The position numbers and the translations under genes are program-made. Of a stretch of DNA of 51,459 nucleotides, positions 18,277-26,521 are shown in pieces. The DNA is from a virus (Duplodnaviria; Caudoviricetes): IMG/VR virus record IMGVR_UViG_3300025585_000057, positions 1 through 51,459 of that record. One strand, given 5' to 3'. Every line of letters starts with the position of its first letter. The stretch's first letter is position 1. Under the pieces are notes generated by a model. The model was not told where the DNA came from, ran no database searches, and saw nothing but the letters and a program-made list of their open reading frames with translations.

Positions 18277-18694
18277 AAGAATCACAGATTTGGAACCCAA
18301 AACTCGCGCTTTGTGTGAGGCGTTTCTACTCGCCTGCAAGGCGCACAATATCGAGATCCTAGTCACCTGCACCTTGCGTGACAACGAAGCCCAGGCCGAG
18401 TTATATGCCCAGGGCAGAACGAAACCTGGGAAAATTGTCACCCACGTGCAACCTGGTAATTCAGCGCACAACCACGGTAGAGCATTCGATATCGTACCTC
18501 TCAGACAGGGCAAGGCGGTCTGGGGTACTACCGGTGAGGATGCCGTGTTGTGGGAGCGTATAGGGGCTCTGGGCGAGGCCCAAGGGCTTACTTGGGGCGG
18601 TAGGTGGCACATGGCAGATTTCGTGCACTTCCAATACGATGCCCCGAAGACGAAGCTTGAGGACATTGACATGTTTAAGGAGCAGGCGTTATGA
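18263..18694 (+). CDS. Endolysin, peptidase M15 family (L-Ala-D-Glu peptidase type)
   Basis: TLR...Q..LYAQGRT.PG, SAHNHGRAFD, WGGRW, DFVHFQ zinc ligands. Confidence 0.92.
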   Translation: MLVSRRITDLEPKTRALCEAFLLACKAHNIEILVTCTLRDNEAQAELYAQGRTKPGKIVTHVQPGNSAHNHGRAFDIVPLRQGKAVWGTTGEDAVLWERIGALGEAQGLTWGGRWHMADFVHFQYDAPKTKLEDIDMFKEQAL

Positions 18695-18725
18695 AATTGA
18701 TTGCTATGTGAATAACGGTAACGAC

Positions 18726-18752
18726 ACCCCGGAGAGACGGGGGTTTTTTTTT
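18726..18752 (+). terminator. Intrinsic terminator
   Basis: ACCCCG/CGGGGGT hairpin followed by a run of 9 T. Confidence 0.85.
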
Positions 18753-18760
18753 GCATCGGA

Positions 18761-18793
18761 TACTTGACATACGAAATATAAGTCAAGTATACT
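18761..18793 (+). promoter_or_regulatory. Strong sigma70 promoter overlapped by a palindromic operator
   Basis: TTGACA(18764)-18 nt-TATACT(18788); inverted repeat TACTTGAC-N13-GTCAAGTA covers the -35 box and the start of the -10 box. Confidence 0.75.
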
Positions 18794-18855
18794 TATCTCA
18801 AGTTGGTAATAATACTAACTACGACACCGACGGTAATCGGTAATTGGAGACTGAA

Positions 18856-19131
18856 ATGAACAAGATCGAACAATTAGCAATTGAAGCAAGTGACATCTGC
18901 ATGTATGACGAGGATGGATACCTAGAAAACCCAGGAGAGGTACAGAATATCGTATACGAGCGGGTGTGTGAGGTGTTCGCAGATAGACTACCACCCGATA
19001 ATCTGCTGGAGAGACACAGTACTGATTTCGAGGAGGATGCCATCGGTGAATGGGGAGATCGTTTGAATCGTGCCGCTAGAACGATGCAGACAATCTACAA
19101 TCGCTCTCTTGATATAGCCGAGGGTGTGTAA
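18856..19131 (+). CDS. Small acidic hypothetical protein
   Basis: GGAG RBS; 91 aa, 21 D/E versus 8 K/R by hand count. Confidence 0.7.
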   Translation: MNKIEQLAIEASDICMYDEDGYLENPGEVQNIVYERVCEVFADRLPPDNLLERHSTDFEEDAIGEWGDRLNRAARTMQTIYNRSLDIAEGV

Positions 19132-19134
19132 CCA

Positions 19135-19177
19135 AACCGGTAGATTTTCGGGGTATTTGAGGAAAAATCTACCGGTT
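19135..19177. promoter_or_regulatory. 14-bp perfect inverted repeat (hairpin) between early genes
   Basis: AACCGGTAGATTTT-N15-AAAATCTACCGGTT. Confidence 0.6.
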
Positions 19178-19194
19178 ATTATTAGGAGACTGGA

Positions 19195-19461
19195 ATGTAT
19201 AAATACTTAATAGTTACCGAACTTGGTACGGTAAAGGGGCAAGGGATGACGGTTCAAGAGGCCCTATTCACCGCTATCGAGGTAAAGATAGGGTTCGATG
19301 TTATTCATGGCGTGCATCAATGTTATTTCAATCGTCAATTAGACACCTTAGTTCTTGCGGGGGACCTCCCCCCGGGCGACATCTACCGAGTGGTACGCAT
19401 CCGGTTGTTGCAAATACTAGAGAGGGATTTCAGAATGTATCTATTTATAAGACATGACTAG
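19195..19461 (+). CDS. Hypothetical protein
   Basis: AGGAG RBS, 88 aa. Confidence 0.65.
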   Translation: MYKYLIVTELGTVKGQGMTVQEALFTAIEVKIGFDVIHGVHQCYFNRQLDTLVLAGDLPPGDIYRVVRIRLLQILERDFRMYLFIRHD

Positions 19462-19612
19462 ACCAAGGGCGTTTAAAACGCAAGAAGCGCTTGATGATAT
19501 CGAGCGCGGTATGACCCAGTATGCCGCTGCCAAAAAGCACGGCGTTAACCAATCAGTATTAAGCCGAATTAGGAGAAGAGAAAATGAGAAACGCAGGATT
19601 GAAAACCACTAA
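19454..19612 (+). CDS. Small HTH protein (52 aa, not in ORF track)
   Basis: Manual translation MTRPRAFKTQEALDDIERGMTQYAAAKKHGVNQSVLSRIRRRENEKRRIENH; classic HTH pattern. Confidence 0.7.
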   Translation: MTRPRAFKTQEALDDIERGMTQYAAAKKHGVNQSVLSRIRRRENEKRRIENH

Positions 19613-20036
19613 AGACGCTATCGTCGCCCTTAACGCAGGTAGGGTGTTCTATTACAAAGGGTACAGATTATACAAATCTGACGGGTATTTGTTTAACGGT
19701 AAATCACCCTACCGCCGTGAGCGTATGGGGTTCTTAGGGGCCCCGGAGCTTGTACGAGGCATCACTAAAGGGGTGTGGAACCACGTAGACCTCTGGACGG
19801 AGGAGCTCCCCTGGTTCGAGGGGGTCGCATTTACGCAAGGTATTTTATGTTGGGCAAGGTACGAGATCGACAGCATCCCGAAGTTGGTGAATATAACGTC
19901 GTATATCGAGGACAGCGGGTTCCCCTTCCGTACTGTTATCGGGCAGGATACTCTGCTATTCAAATACGCCGTGCCTGCTACTAAAGAGGAAGTTCTCCGC
20001 CACGTATTCGGGTGCCGCGCGGGGGACACCGTGTAG
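19584..20036 (+). CDS. Hypothetical protein
   Basis: AGGAG RBS, 150 aa. Confidence 0.65.
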   Translation: MRNAGLKTTKDAIVALNAGRVFYYKGYRLYKSDGYLFNGKSPYRRERMGFLGAPELVRGITKGVWNHVDLWTEELPWFEGVAFTQGILCWARYEIDSIPKLVNITSYIEDSGFPFRTVIGQDTLLFKYAVPATKEEVLRHVFGCRAGDTV

Positions 20037-20047
20037 ACCCCCAGGAG

Positions 20048-20338
20048 TCAATAATCAATACCGGCCCAGCGCACCGCTGGGTCTTTGCTATACGGCCTCC
20101 GGAGCAGGTAATGTATCCTGTGCATACTGCCCCGGGGCAACACATACCCCACCGCAAACTGTTTTTCTACGTTATCTAACAACCAAACGGAATAACAACC
20201 GTCGATCGGTATGAGTTCTTTTGTGCCCTTCACGTAGATTTTGGCCTTCAATTTCTGCAGATCCAGCAGCAATCTCCCTACGTCCGAGTAGGTTTTCTCC
20301 CCCATATAGGGGTCGTCTATGTAGAATTTGGCGGCCAT
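20048..20338 (-). CDS. Hypothetical protein
   Basis: 96 aa, protein-like composition, convergent with the upstream operon; weak RBS. Confidence 0.45.
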   Translation of the reverse strand: MAAKFYIDDPYMGEKTYSDVGRLLLDLQKLKAKIYVKGTKELIPIDGCYSVWLLDNVEKQFAVGYVLPRGSMHRIHYLLRRPYSKDPAVRWAGIDY

Positions 20339-20844
20339 CTTGGGAGAATATCATAATATTTCTAGCCCCTCAAATCGGCAGTTTTGTAGGCGCGTTCCTT
20401 CCCTTTTTGTAGGATATTGGAGGGGTGTGCTCGTTATGTTAATTTAACCTTAATGGTGGGAAATGTGTAGGAAAACAGGAAAAGTGTTGCGGGAATGGTA
20501 CACTCTGATGAGCCCGCCGAGGGGGTATTCGTGAGGGGCGCTTCTGGGGGTGGATTTGGGGGCGGTTTTGCAGGCCACCTAATATATAGGAGTGCGCGGT
20601 ATGGGGTGTTCGAGGGGTGAATTGCTAATGAAATCATGGTGTTAGGGGGTGGTTGGGGGTTGGTGGTTGGTGGTTCGAGGGGGGCGGGGCGTCAGGATGC
20701 GCTATGCGCGCTTAAAAACTTGTGGGACATACGAAACCATTCGGAACGAAATAAAATCGATTCTAGGGGCCAAAGAATCGAAATTAGACCCCCTGGCGGG
20801 GCAGATTGAGAGTGCAAAAACGGGATCTGGTAGAAAAATGCTAC

Positions 20845-21070
20845 CGAGTTGGGTAGGATCAGCTCACAGCTCATACCCAGCCCGGGGAGGGGATGAGGGG
20901 TAGGGGGGGTCCCCCTAGGGGGGCCCTATCCCCCACCCTCACCCAACCGGGAAATTGAGGTTTTTTAGGAAAACCGAAAGAGCCGAGTGAGCCGAGGATT
21001 CATGCGGGTCTTCGGGCGTTTGGCTCACTCGGCTCACAGCTCGAAAAAAGCGAAAGAGCCGGGCTTTTTT
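20845..21070. other. Putative replication origin: palindromes and inverted repeats
   Basis: CCCCCTAGGGGG palindrome (20911-20922) inside a longer imperfect hairpin; 14-bp IR GAGCCGAGTGAGCC/GGCTCACTCGGCTC (20980-21035); direct repeats GCTCACAGCTC and CGAAAGAGCCG. Confidence 0.5.
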
Positions 21071-21151
21071 GCCCCACAATCGGTGTCTCATTCCTGCAAC
21101 ACTATTGTGTAGGAAATGTCTGTTAAAGAATTAGTAAAGTGTCGGGGTCGC

Positions 21152-21340
21152 TTTACGTTTCAGGTGAGGTAGGTTTACGTTTAATGTGGGATATTTGAGC
21201 TTCAAGTGGGGGTCGCTTTACGTTTAATGTGGGGTATTTGAGCTTCAAGTGGGAGATGGGTACGTTTCAGGTGGGGTATTTACGCTTCAAGTGGGGCGGC
21301 CTTACGTTTAATGTGGGGTATTTGAGCTTCAGGTGGGAGG
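21152..21340. repeat. Nine degenerate tandem repeats, consensus TTT(AC/GA)G(T/C)TT(C/A)AnGTGGG, period alternating 22-23 and 20 bp
   Basis: Unit starts at 21152, 21174, 21194, 21217, 21237, 21259, 21279, 21301 and 21321. Confidence 0.9.
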
Positions 21341-21510
21341 AACTGACTTTTCTGTCCGCTGGTATTGACCTTTCCGTTCGCGTATGCGAATATAACGGGA
21401 AATGGGTTTTTTAAACGGTGTGGGTATAGATTTCCGTTATAAGAAACCCGTTTTATATAACTTTTAGTTATAACTATGATAAGTGATTAATTTTATAGGA
21501 GAAATGAGAG

Positions 21511-22314
21511 ATGGAACAGACACCGTGCGAGGAGTTGGGGTACAAGGTTGGTGACAAGTTTGAGGTGCTTACTGATAATCATGAGGTTTTTAAAGCGGGG
21601 GAGGTGGTGGAGTTGCATGTTGATGATGGATCGAATGTGCCATACTTCGTAAACGATACCAGCAGCGCAGGTATACAAGCTGTATTCTTAACCGATGTAC
21701 GGAAGATAGAACCTACCCCCGAGAAACAAACACCATGCGAGAGATTGGGGTACAAGGTTGGTGACAAGTTTGAGGTGCTTGGGTCGCTTGGGTCGCCGCT
21801 TATAAACGAAAGAACGGTATTTACGTTACGTGTTGATGATGGATCGGATTGTCCTCATTTTGAGGTAGGGCACCCCTGTATGGGCGTGCAGTGCATACAT
21901 TTAGATGACGTGCGGAAGATAGAACCGGCGGGATTCGCAGCCATACCCCCATCGGAATACTACGACGTGTATTTCCGTTGGAACGTGGATTCCGGGGTGT
22001 TGGTAGCGAAGCATGTAACGAAAGGCGATATCGGCAAGTACCCTAACGTGGATAGGACAGAACCCTCAACACCACGGCCCCCACAACGGAAGCACAGCCA
22101 CTATTTCAAGGATGTCCGGCACCTGGAAGAGATAGACGTGTACCGGGTATTGGAGTTATTTGAGGTGCGTGATAGTCGTGTGGCACATGCTGTAAAGAAG
22201 CTGCTGGTGTCAGGGGCCCGGGGAACGAAAGATCAGGAGCAGGACATCCAAGAGGCGCTGGACACGTTATTACGGCGTAAGGAGATGTTAGAGGAGGATG
22301 GGAGTCGGGGTTGA
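21511..22314 (+). CDS. Hypothetical protein: two tandem ~65 aa beta domains plus C-terminal DUF3310-like helical domain
   Basis: TPCExLGYKVGDKFEVL...VDDGS.P.F...DVRKIEP occurs twice; C-terminus HSHY...IDVYRVL...HAVKKLL..GARGTKD..QDI.EA. Confidence 0.7.
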   Translation: MEQTPCEELGYKVGDKFEVLTDNHEVFKAGEVVELHVDDGSNVPYFVNDTSSAGIQAVFLTDVRKIEPTPEKQTPCERLGYKVGDKFEVLGSLGSPLINERTVFTLRVDDGSDCPHFEVGHPCMGVQCIHLDDVRKIEPAGFAAIPPSEYYDVYFRWNVDSGVLVAKHVTKGDIGKYPNVDRTEPSTPRPPQRKHSHYFKDVRHLEEIDVYRVLELFEVRDSRVAHAVKKLLVSGARGTKDQEQDIQEALDTLLRRKEMLEEDGSRG

Positions 22315-22322
22315 AAACACCA

Positions 22323-22351
22323 TTGACCTCATAACGTTACTGTAGTAGTCT
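22323..22351 (+). promoter_or_regulatory. sigma70-like promoter for the terS/late operon
   Basis: TTGACC-17 nt-TAGTCT. Confidence 0.55.
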
Positions 22352-22361
22352 CTAGCGCATT

Positions 22362-22952
22362 ATGGCTATAGACTACTACAGAGACGACACCGACTTCGGC
22401 GACCTCTTCGGAGATATGCCGAATGAACTATCGCCCCTAGAAGCGAAGTGGTTCGCGATATTCAAAGAGACTCGAGGAGATCGGGTAGCAGCGGACAACG
22501 CCACGGGCAACCCGTTCCGGCATACCTCACCCTCATTAATGCTTCAGCACGAGCTGAGAGCCTATCGTAATTTCAGCAAATGCGATCCACTGTCACGGGA
22601 ACAACGCATCACCAACGAGACCGCCGACGTAGCATTCGCGGATGTAAGGGATCTTCTGGACCCCGATACGGGAGCTCCTAGACCTATTCAGGATTTACCC
22701 AGGCACGTAGCAGCAGCCATTTCTGCAGTCGACGTAACCACGGACGACACCGGCAGAGTCACTATAAAATACAAGATGCATAATAAGCTGGTAGCGTTGG
22801 ACGCGCTCGCTAAGCAGAATAATATGTACAAAGAAAACAACAAGATAGAAGCGGATATCAAGACGGAGGATGTCGGGGATAAGGATATCGCTCGACGGCT
22901 CGCGTTCGTGTTACGACGCGGGATAGAGAGCAAACAGAACTCGGAAGAGTGA
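22362..22952 (+). CDS. terS: Terminase small subunit
   Basis: VAFADVRDLLD..TG..RPI.DLP..VAAAIS.V...IKYKMHNKL.ALDALAK pattern of TerS oligomerisation regions; first gene of the late operon. Confidence 0.75.
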   Translation: MAIDYYRDDTDFGDLFGDMPNELSPLEAKWFAIFKETRGDRVAADNATGNPFRHTSPSLMLQHELRAYRNFSKCDPLSREQRITNETADVAFADVRDLLDPDTGAPRPIQDLPRHVAAAISAVDVTTDDTGRVTIKYKMHNKLVALDALAKQNNMYKENNKIEADIKTEDVGDKDIARRLAFVLRRGIESKQNSEE

Positions 22953-22996
22953 AGCACCACTAAGCATAGACGTTCAACTATTATAGGAGCATCACC

Positions 22997-23821
22997 ATGT
23001 CACGCATTCTAAAATCAATCATGGGCCGCAAGCTTGGCCTAGACCACGGAAACGTATTACTGTCGCAAAAGGGGTTTGTATCCGGCGACAACGGCAAACA
23101 AATCGCGCTACCGAGCCCGACTCGTGTAGCGCTATTCGACGATTTCATCGGCGATAGGGTATCAACTAGCGTATGGCAGTTCGTTGAGGGAACCGACTCG
23201 GCTACCTCCTCTGCGGCCATATTAACCGGCGGCATCGGCGGCGTATTACGACTCACAACCGGCGACGCTGGTACAGGTCTGGCTGCCGACACGGAACAAA
23301 TGACCGCGAATCAGTTGATGTGGCAGGCCAGCAATGGCGGGCTATCATTACAGGCGAGATTGAAACTGAGTCAGATTACTGAATGTTACGTGTTCGTCGG
23401 GTTCACCGACACCGTAGCCGCGTCTCTTGAAGCGCCTATCATGTCAGCCGGGTCAGCAGATACGTTCACAACCAACGCGAGCGATGCGGTAGGATTCATG
23501 TTTGACACCCGTATGACAACCGACAACATCTGGTTGACAGGGGTCAAGGCGGATGTTGATGCGACTCACCAGAACTCAGGCGTAGCACCAGTAGCGGCGC
23601 AGTACCTGACGTTACGAGTAGACGTAGATAGCAGCGGCAACGCCACTTTCTACATCAACGGCGTACAACGCGGTACGACTCTGGCCAACGCTATCACAGC
23701 AGCCACGGATCTCACCCCAGTCGTAACGGTATCCAAAACAGCAACCGCGTCTAGCATGACTCTGGACCTGGACTACCTCCATATCACGATGGATCGTGCT
23801 GCGGACGGCGGAGCGGTGTAA
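22997..23821 (+). CDS. Concanavalin A/LamG-like beta-sandwich virion protein (possible capsid decoration)
   Basis: FDDF.G, GG.LRLTTG, FVGF, VGFMFD, LRVDVD..G.ATFYING strand pattern; strong AGGAG RBS; followed by a UUCG hairpin. Confidence 0.6.
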   Translation: MSRILKSIMGRKLGLDHGNVLLSQKGFVSGDNGKQIALPSPTRVALFDDFIGDRVSTSVWQFVEGTDSATSSAAILTGGIGGVLRLTTGDAGTGLAADTEQMTANQLMWQASNGGLSLQARLKLSQITECYVFVGFTDTVAASLEAPIMSAGSADTFTTNASDAVGFMFDTRMTTDNIWLTGVKADVDATHQNSGVAPVAAQYLTLRVDVDSSGNATFYINGVQRGTTLANAITAATDLTPVVTVSKTATASSMTLDLDYLHITMDRAADGGAV

Positions 23822-23830
23822 CGTTTTAAC

Positions 23831-23846
23831 GGCCCCTTCGGGGGCC
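23831..23846 (+). terminator. GC hairpin with UUCG tetraloop (terminator-like or mRNA stabiliser)
   Basis: GGCCCC-TTCG-GGGGCC; no clear T tract. Confidence 0.5.
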
Positions 23847-23864
23847 TCACTATCGGGGGTTACT

Positions 23865-24107
23865 ATGGCACGACGTAAAGCAGTACTACCGGAAGAAGGA
23901 CAAGTGGGAGCGCCGACATTCGGGGGTCCTGTAGTGTTGGTGTGGTTGGAGCGACTTGAACGGCTATTCGGTATGCCTGAAGGGCACGAAGGAGTCGCGG
24001 AACGTATTCAGGTATACCAGGACAAAGTAAAAGAGGAACTCGGGCGTATTCCTGAGAATAAGGAAGATGTCCTCAACCTCATCTACGAAATCAGGAGCAA
24101 GCAATAA
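23865..24107 (+). CDS. Hypothetical protein
   Basis: ATG at 23865 after GGGGG RBS; TAATG overlap with the next gene. Confidence 0.6.
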   Translation: MARRKAVLPEEGQVGAPTFGGPVVLVWLERLERLFGMPEGHEGVAERIQVYQDKVKEELGRIPENKEDVLNLIYEIRSKQ

Positions 24108-24439
24108 TGAGCGCGCATCCAAGACAACGAAACGGGGTTATCACTCTGATCGCGAACCCATCGGCAGCGGCCACTGCAGAATTGTTAGCGGCACAAGGGA
24201 CGGGGATCAAGATCGAGGTAGTTTCGCTCAAAGTCGTGTCGACCGGGGCGAATACTGTCACGTTCAAATCCGCGACGACAGCCATCGGTTCCGCAGATGA
24301 TCTAGCCGCTAACGGCGGGTACGTTCTGCCGTATAACGAGAACGGTTGGATGGTAACAGCGGCAAATGAAGCGCTAAACGTAACCCTATCGGCAGCTACG
24401 AAAGTAGCGATCCATCTACAGTACAGGTTGACAAAATGA
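24107..24439 (+). CDS. Small beta-sandwich virion-like protein
   Basis: 110 aa, Ala/Thr/Val-rich alternating pattern, AGGAG RBS. Confidence 0.6.
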   Translation: MSAHPRQRNGVITLIANPSAAATAELLAAQGTGIKIEVVSLKVVSTGANTVTFKSATTAIGSADDLAANGGYVLPYNENGWMVTAANEALNVTLSAATKVAIHLQYRLTK

Positions 24440-24714
24440 CGAACGTAGCGAACCTAATTGACGCGGTACTGGACCAACCAACAACCAAAAGTGAGCTGCA
24501 AGCGCATCCAGTTGAGGTTGTTGTGGGGAAGTCGATACACGCGATAAAGGCCAAACGCGCTGCGTCACGATTGGCCCGGTTACTATCTGCACCCGCGACG
24601 ACTGAGATTACACAGGCGATCAACACGCACAAGCAGATCCTATTCGATCTCGGGTTCCGCCAACCTAACACGTTGAAAGAATGCAACGAATTGCTGGCAC
24701 GATTGGGGGATTAA
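24436..24714 (+). CDS. Hypothetical protein
   Basis: ATGA overlap, 92 aa. Confidence 0.6.
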   Translation: MTNVANLIDAVLDQPTTKSELQAHPVEVVVGKSIHAIKAKRAASRLARLLSAPATTEITQAINTHKQILFDLGFRQPNTLKECNELLARLGD

Positions 24715-24717
24715 GCT

Positions 24718-25173
24718 ATGGCAACAACATTAAATCTGTTTGATAATTGGCGTAAGATCGTTGCCGATCCGACAAGGGCGGCAGCGGTATCGGGTACGCT
24801 CAAGATCGCGCTATTTGCATCGTTCAGCCCGAATCAGAATACCTACGACTACTACGACGACTGCACCCCGGGTACAAACGAGGTGACGGGATCGAACTAT
24901 ACGGCGAGGGGTAATGCTCTGGCGTCACCAACCTGGACGGGACCGAGTGGTGCGGGGTTATTGACGTTCGACGCTGACGACCCGACGGCGTGGTCCCAAC
25001 ACGCATCGGGTTTTAGTAATGCCCGAAGAGCGGTTATTTACTACGATACCGGGGTCAACAGTACTTCGACATTGGTAGGCTATACAGATGATTTCGGTGC
25101 GGACGTGGGTAACGTGGCAGCGGATTTCTCTATAACGCTGAACGCCTCTGGCATTTACACCTCACCGAGGTAG
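24718..25173 (+). CDS. Conserved phage virion protein typically found before fibre genes
   Basis: LKIALF...NEVTG.NYTA.G..L...TFDA.D..W...AR.AVIY.DT...LV.Y.DFG pattern. Confidence 0.6.
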   Translation: MATTLNLFDNWRKIVADPTRAAAVSGTLKIALFASFSPNQNTYDYYDDCTPGTNEVTGSNYTARGNALASPTWTGPSGAGLLTFDADDPTAWSQHASGFSNARRAVIYYDTGVNSTSTLVGYTDDFGADVGNVAADFSITLNASGIYTSPR

Positions 25174-25176
25174 CGC

Positions 25177-26520
25177 ATGTACATACTCGCGAGTACGTCA
25201 GACGTCATTCGCGTTACCACCGATGCAGCCGCAGCGGTGGATTGTCACGCCACCTGGGTGGACAACAACGCGGGTACTATCACACCGGGGCGGACCAATA
25301 CCGCCTCGATTACTACAGCCACGACCACACCGGTCGTGAGTTCGCCAGCAGCCTCGACTTACCGAGGAATCAAGAAGTTAGCCATATTCAACACACACGG
25401 GAGCGTACGAACGTCCATCGACGTTGGGCATTACGACGGAACCACGGAAGAGACGATCTACTCGACGATTCTGGGACCTGGGGAATTCGTAATATACACC
25501 GAAGGGGTTGGCTGGCAACGTTTCAACGCCAATGGTGAATTGATGAAGGCCGGTGTCGCTCAGGCTGCGTGCGACAAACAGGCATTCGCGGCGGACGGAA
25601 CCTGGACTAAACCCACTGGGTTCACCCCGAAATTTGTTATCGTCGATCTATGGGGCGCGGGCGGGGGAGGTGGAGCCGGAGCTTCACTTGCTACTGCAGT
25701 CGCGGCTCACGGAGGCGGCGGAGGTGGGGGCGGGGCGTTCGTGCGCCAAGTATTTATGGCCTCGGATCTCACCAGTACGGTAGCTGTCACGATCGGGGTA
25801 GCGGGGACTGCGGGGACACCAGGAGCAGCAGGTGCGCTTGGCGGGGATGGCGGCGTCGGAGGTACAACCACTTTCGGAAGCTATTTATCTGCATACGGCG
25901 GCGGCGGCGGTAGAGGCGGTGCGATAACCGCAGCGATATCAGGAGGCGGCGGAGGCGGCGGCGGTGAAGGCGCTGGCGGTACAGGAACGACAGTCGGGGG
26001 GACCGGAGGCGTGCCTACTGCAACAACAGTAGCGATAGGGTTTCAGGGAGTTACAGGCAGCGCAGCGGCGAACCCGAATGGGGCCGACTGGGGCGGGGCC
26101 CCTGGCGGGAGCGCCTCTAGCGCGGCAACCCCGGTGGCGTTTCCTGGGGGTACTTCCATGCGCGGCGGCGGCGGCGGAGGTCAAGGGGGTTGCCATACCA
26201 GTACCCCAGCGGTAACAACCGGGTCGGATGGCGGGGCTTCTGGAACGTATTCAGCAACCGGCGGTGGCGGGGGCGCAGTTGGTACGAGTGGCCCGTCACC
26301 GACGGTGGGCACTGCGGGGTCTGATGGATCTTCTCTACGCGGCGGACACGGAGGAGGAGGTGGTGGCTCTACGGTAACAGCCGCGACTGCTGGTAAGGCT
26401 GGCGGAAACGGGGGGCGTGGAGGTGGAGGCGGAGGTGGCGGAGGTATTGGGCAAAACCCAGGATTGGGGGGCGCTGGCGGGGCTGGCGGAGCGGGATACG
26501 CGATAATTTACAGTTACTAA
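25177..26520 (+). CDS. Glycine-rich fibre/adhesin-like protein, paralogue 1
   Basis: ~130 aa beta N-domain, then F...GTWTKP...V.VDLWG.GGGGG glycine-rich domain ending GG.GYAIIYSY. Confidence 0.75.
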   Translation: MYILASTSDVIRVTTDAAAAVDCHATWVDNNAGTITPGRTNTASITTATTTPVVSSPAASTYRGIKKLAIFNTHGSVRTSIDVGHYDGTTEETIYSTILGPGEFVIYTEGVGWQRFNANGELMKAGVAQAACDKQAFAADGTWTKPTGFTPKFVIVDLWGAGGGGGAGASLATAVAAHGGGGGGGGAFVRQVFMASDLTSTVAVTIGVAGTAGTPGAAGALGGDGGVGGTTTFGSYLSAYGGGGGRGGAITAAISGGGGGGGGEGAGGTGTTVGGTGGVPTATTVAIGFQGVTGSAAANPNGADWGGAPGGSASSAATPVAFPGGTSMRGGGGGGQGGCHTSTPAVTTGSDGGASGTYSATGGGGGAVGTSGPSPTVGTAGSDGSSLRGGHGGGGGGSTVTAATAGKAGGNGGRGGGGGGGGGIGQNPGLGGAGGAGGAGYAIIYSY

Positions 26521-26521
26521 A

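Noticed and set aside
20434-20903. Short ORFs in the G-rich non-coding region
   Set aside because: No RBS, biased low-complexity composition, and overlap with palindromic DNA elements.
21152-21340. CRISPR or mini-CRISPR array
   Set aside because: Units are contiguous with only 3-6 variable nt between them, there are no unique spacers of 25-40 nt, and there is no cas operon.
21229-21414. 61 aa ORF in the ORF track
   Set aside because: It is a translation of the DNA repeat array, with no RBS and no protein-like features.
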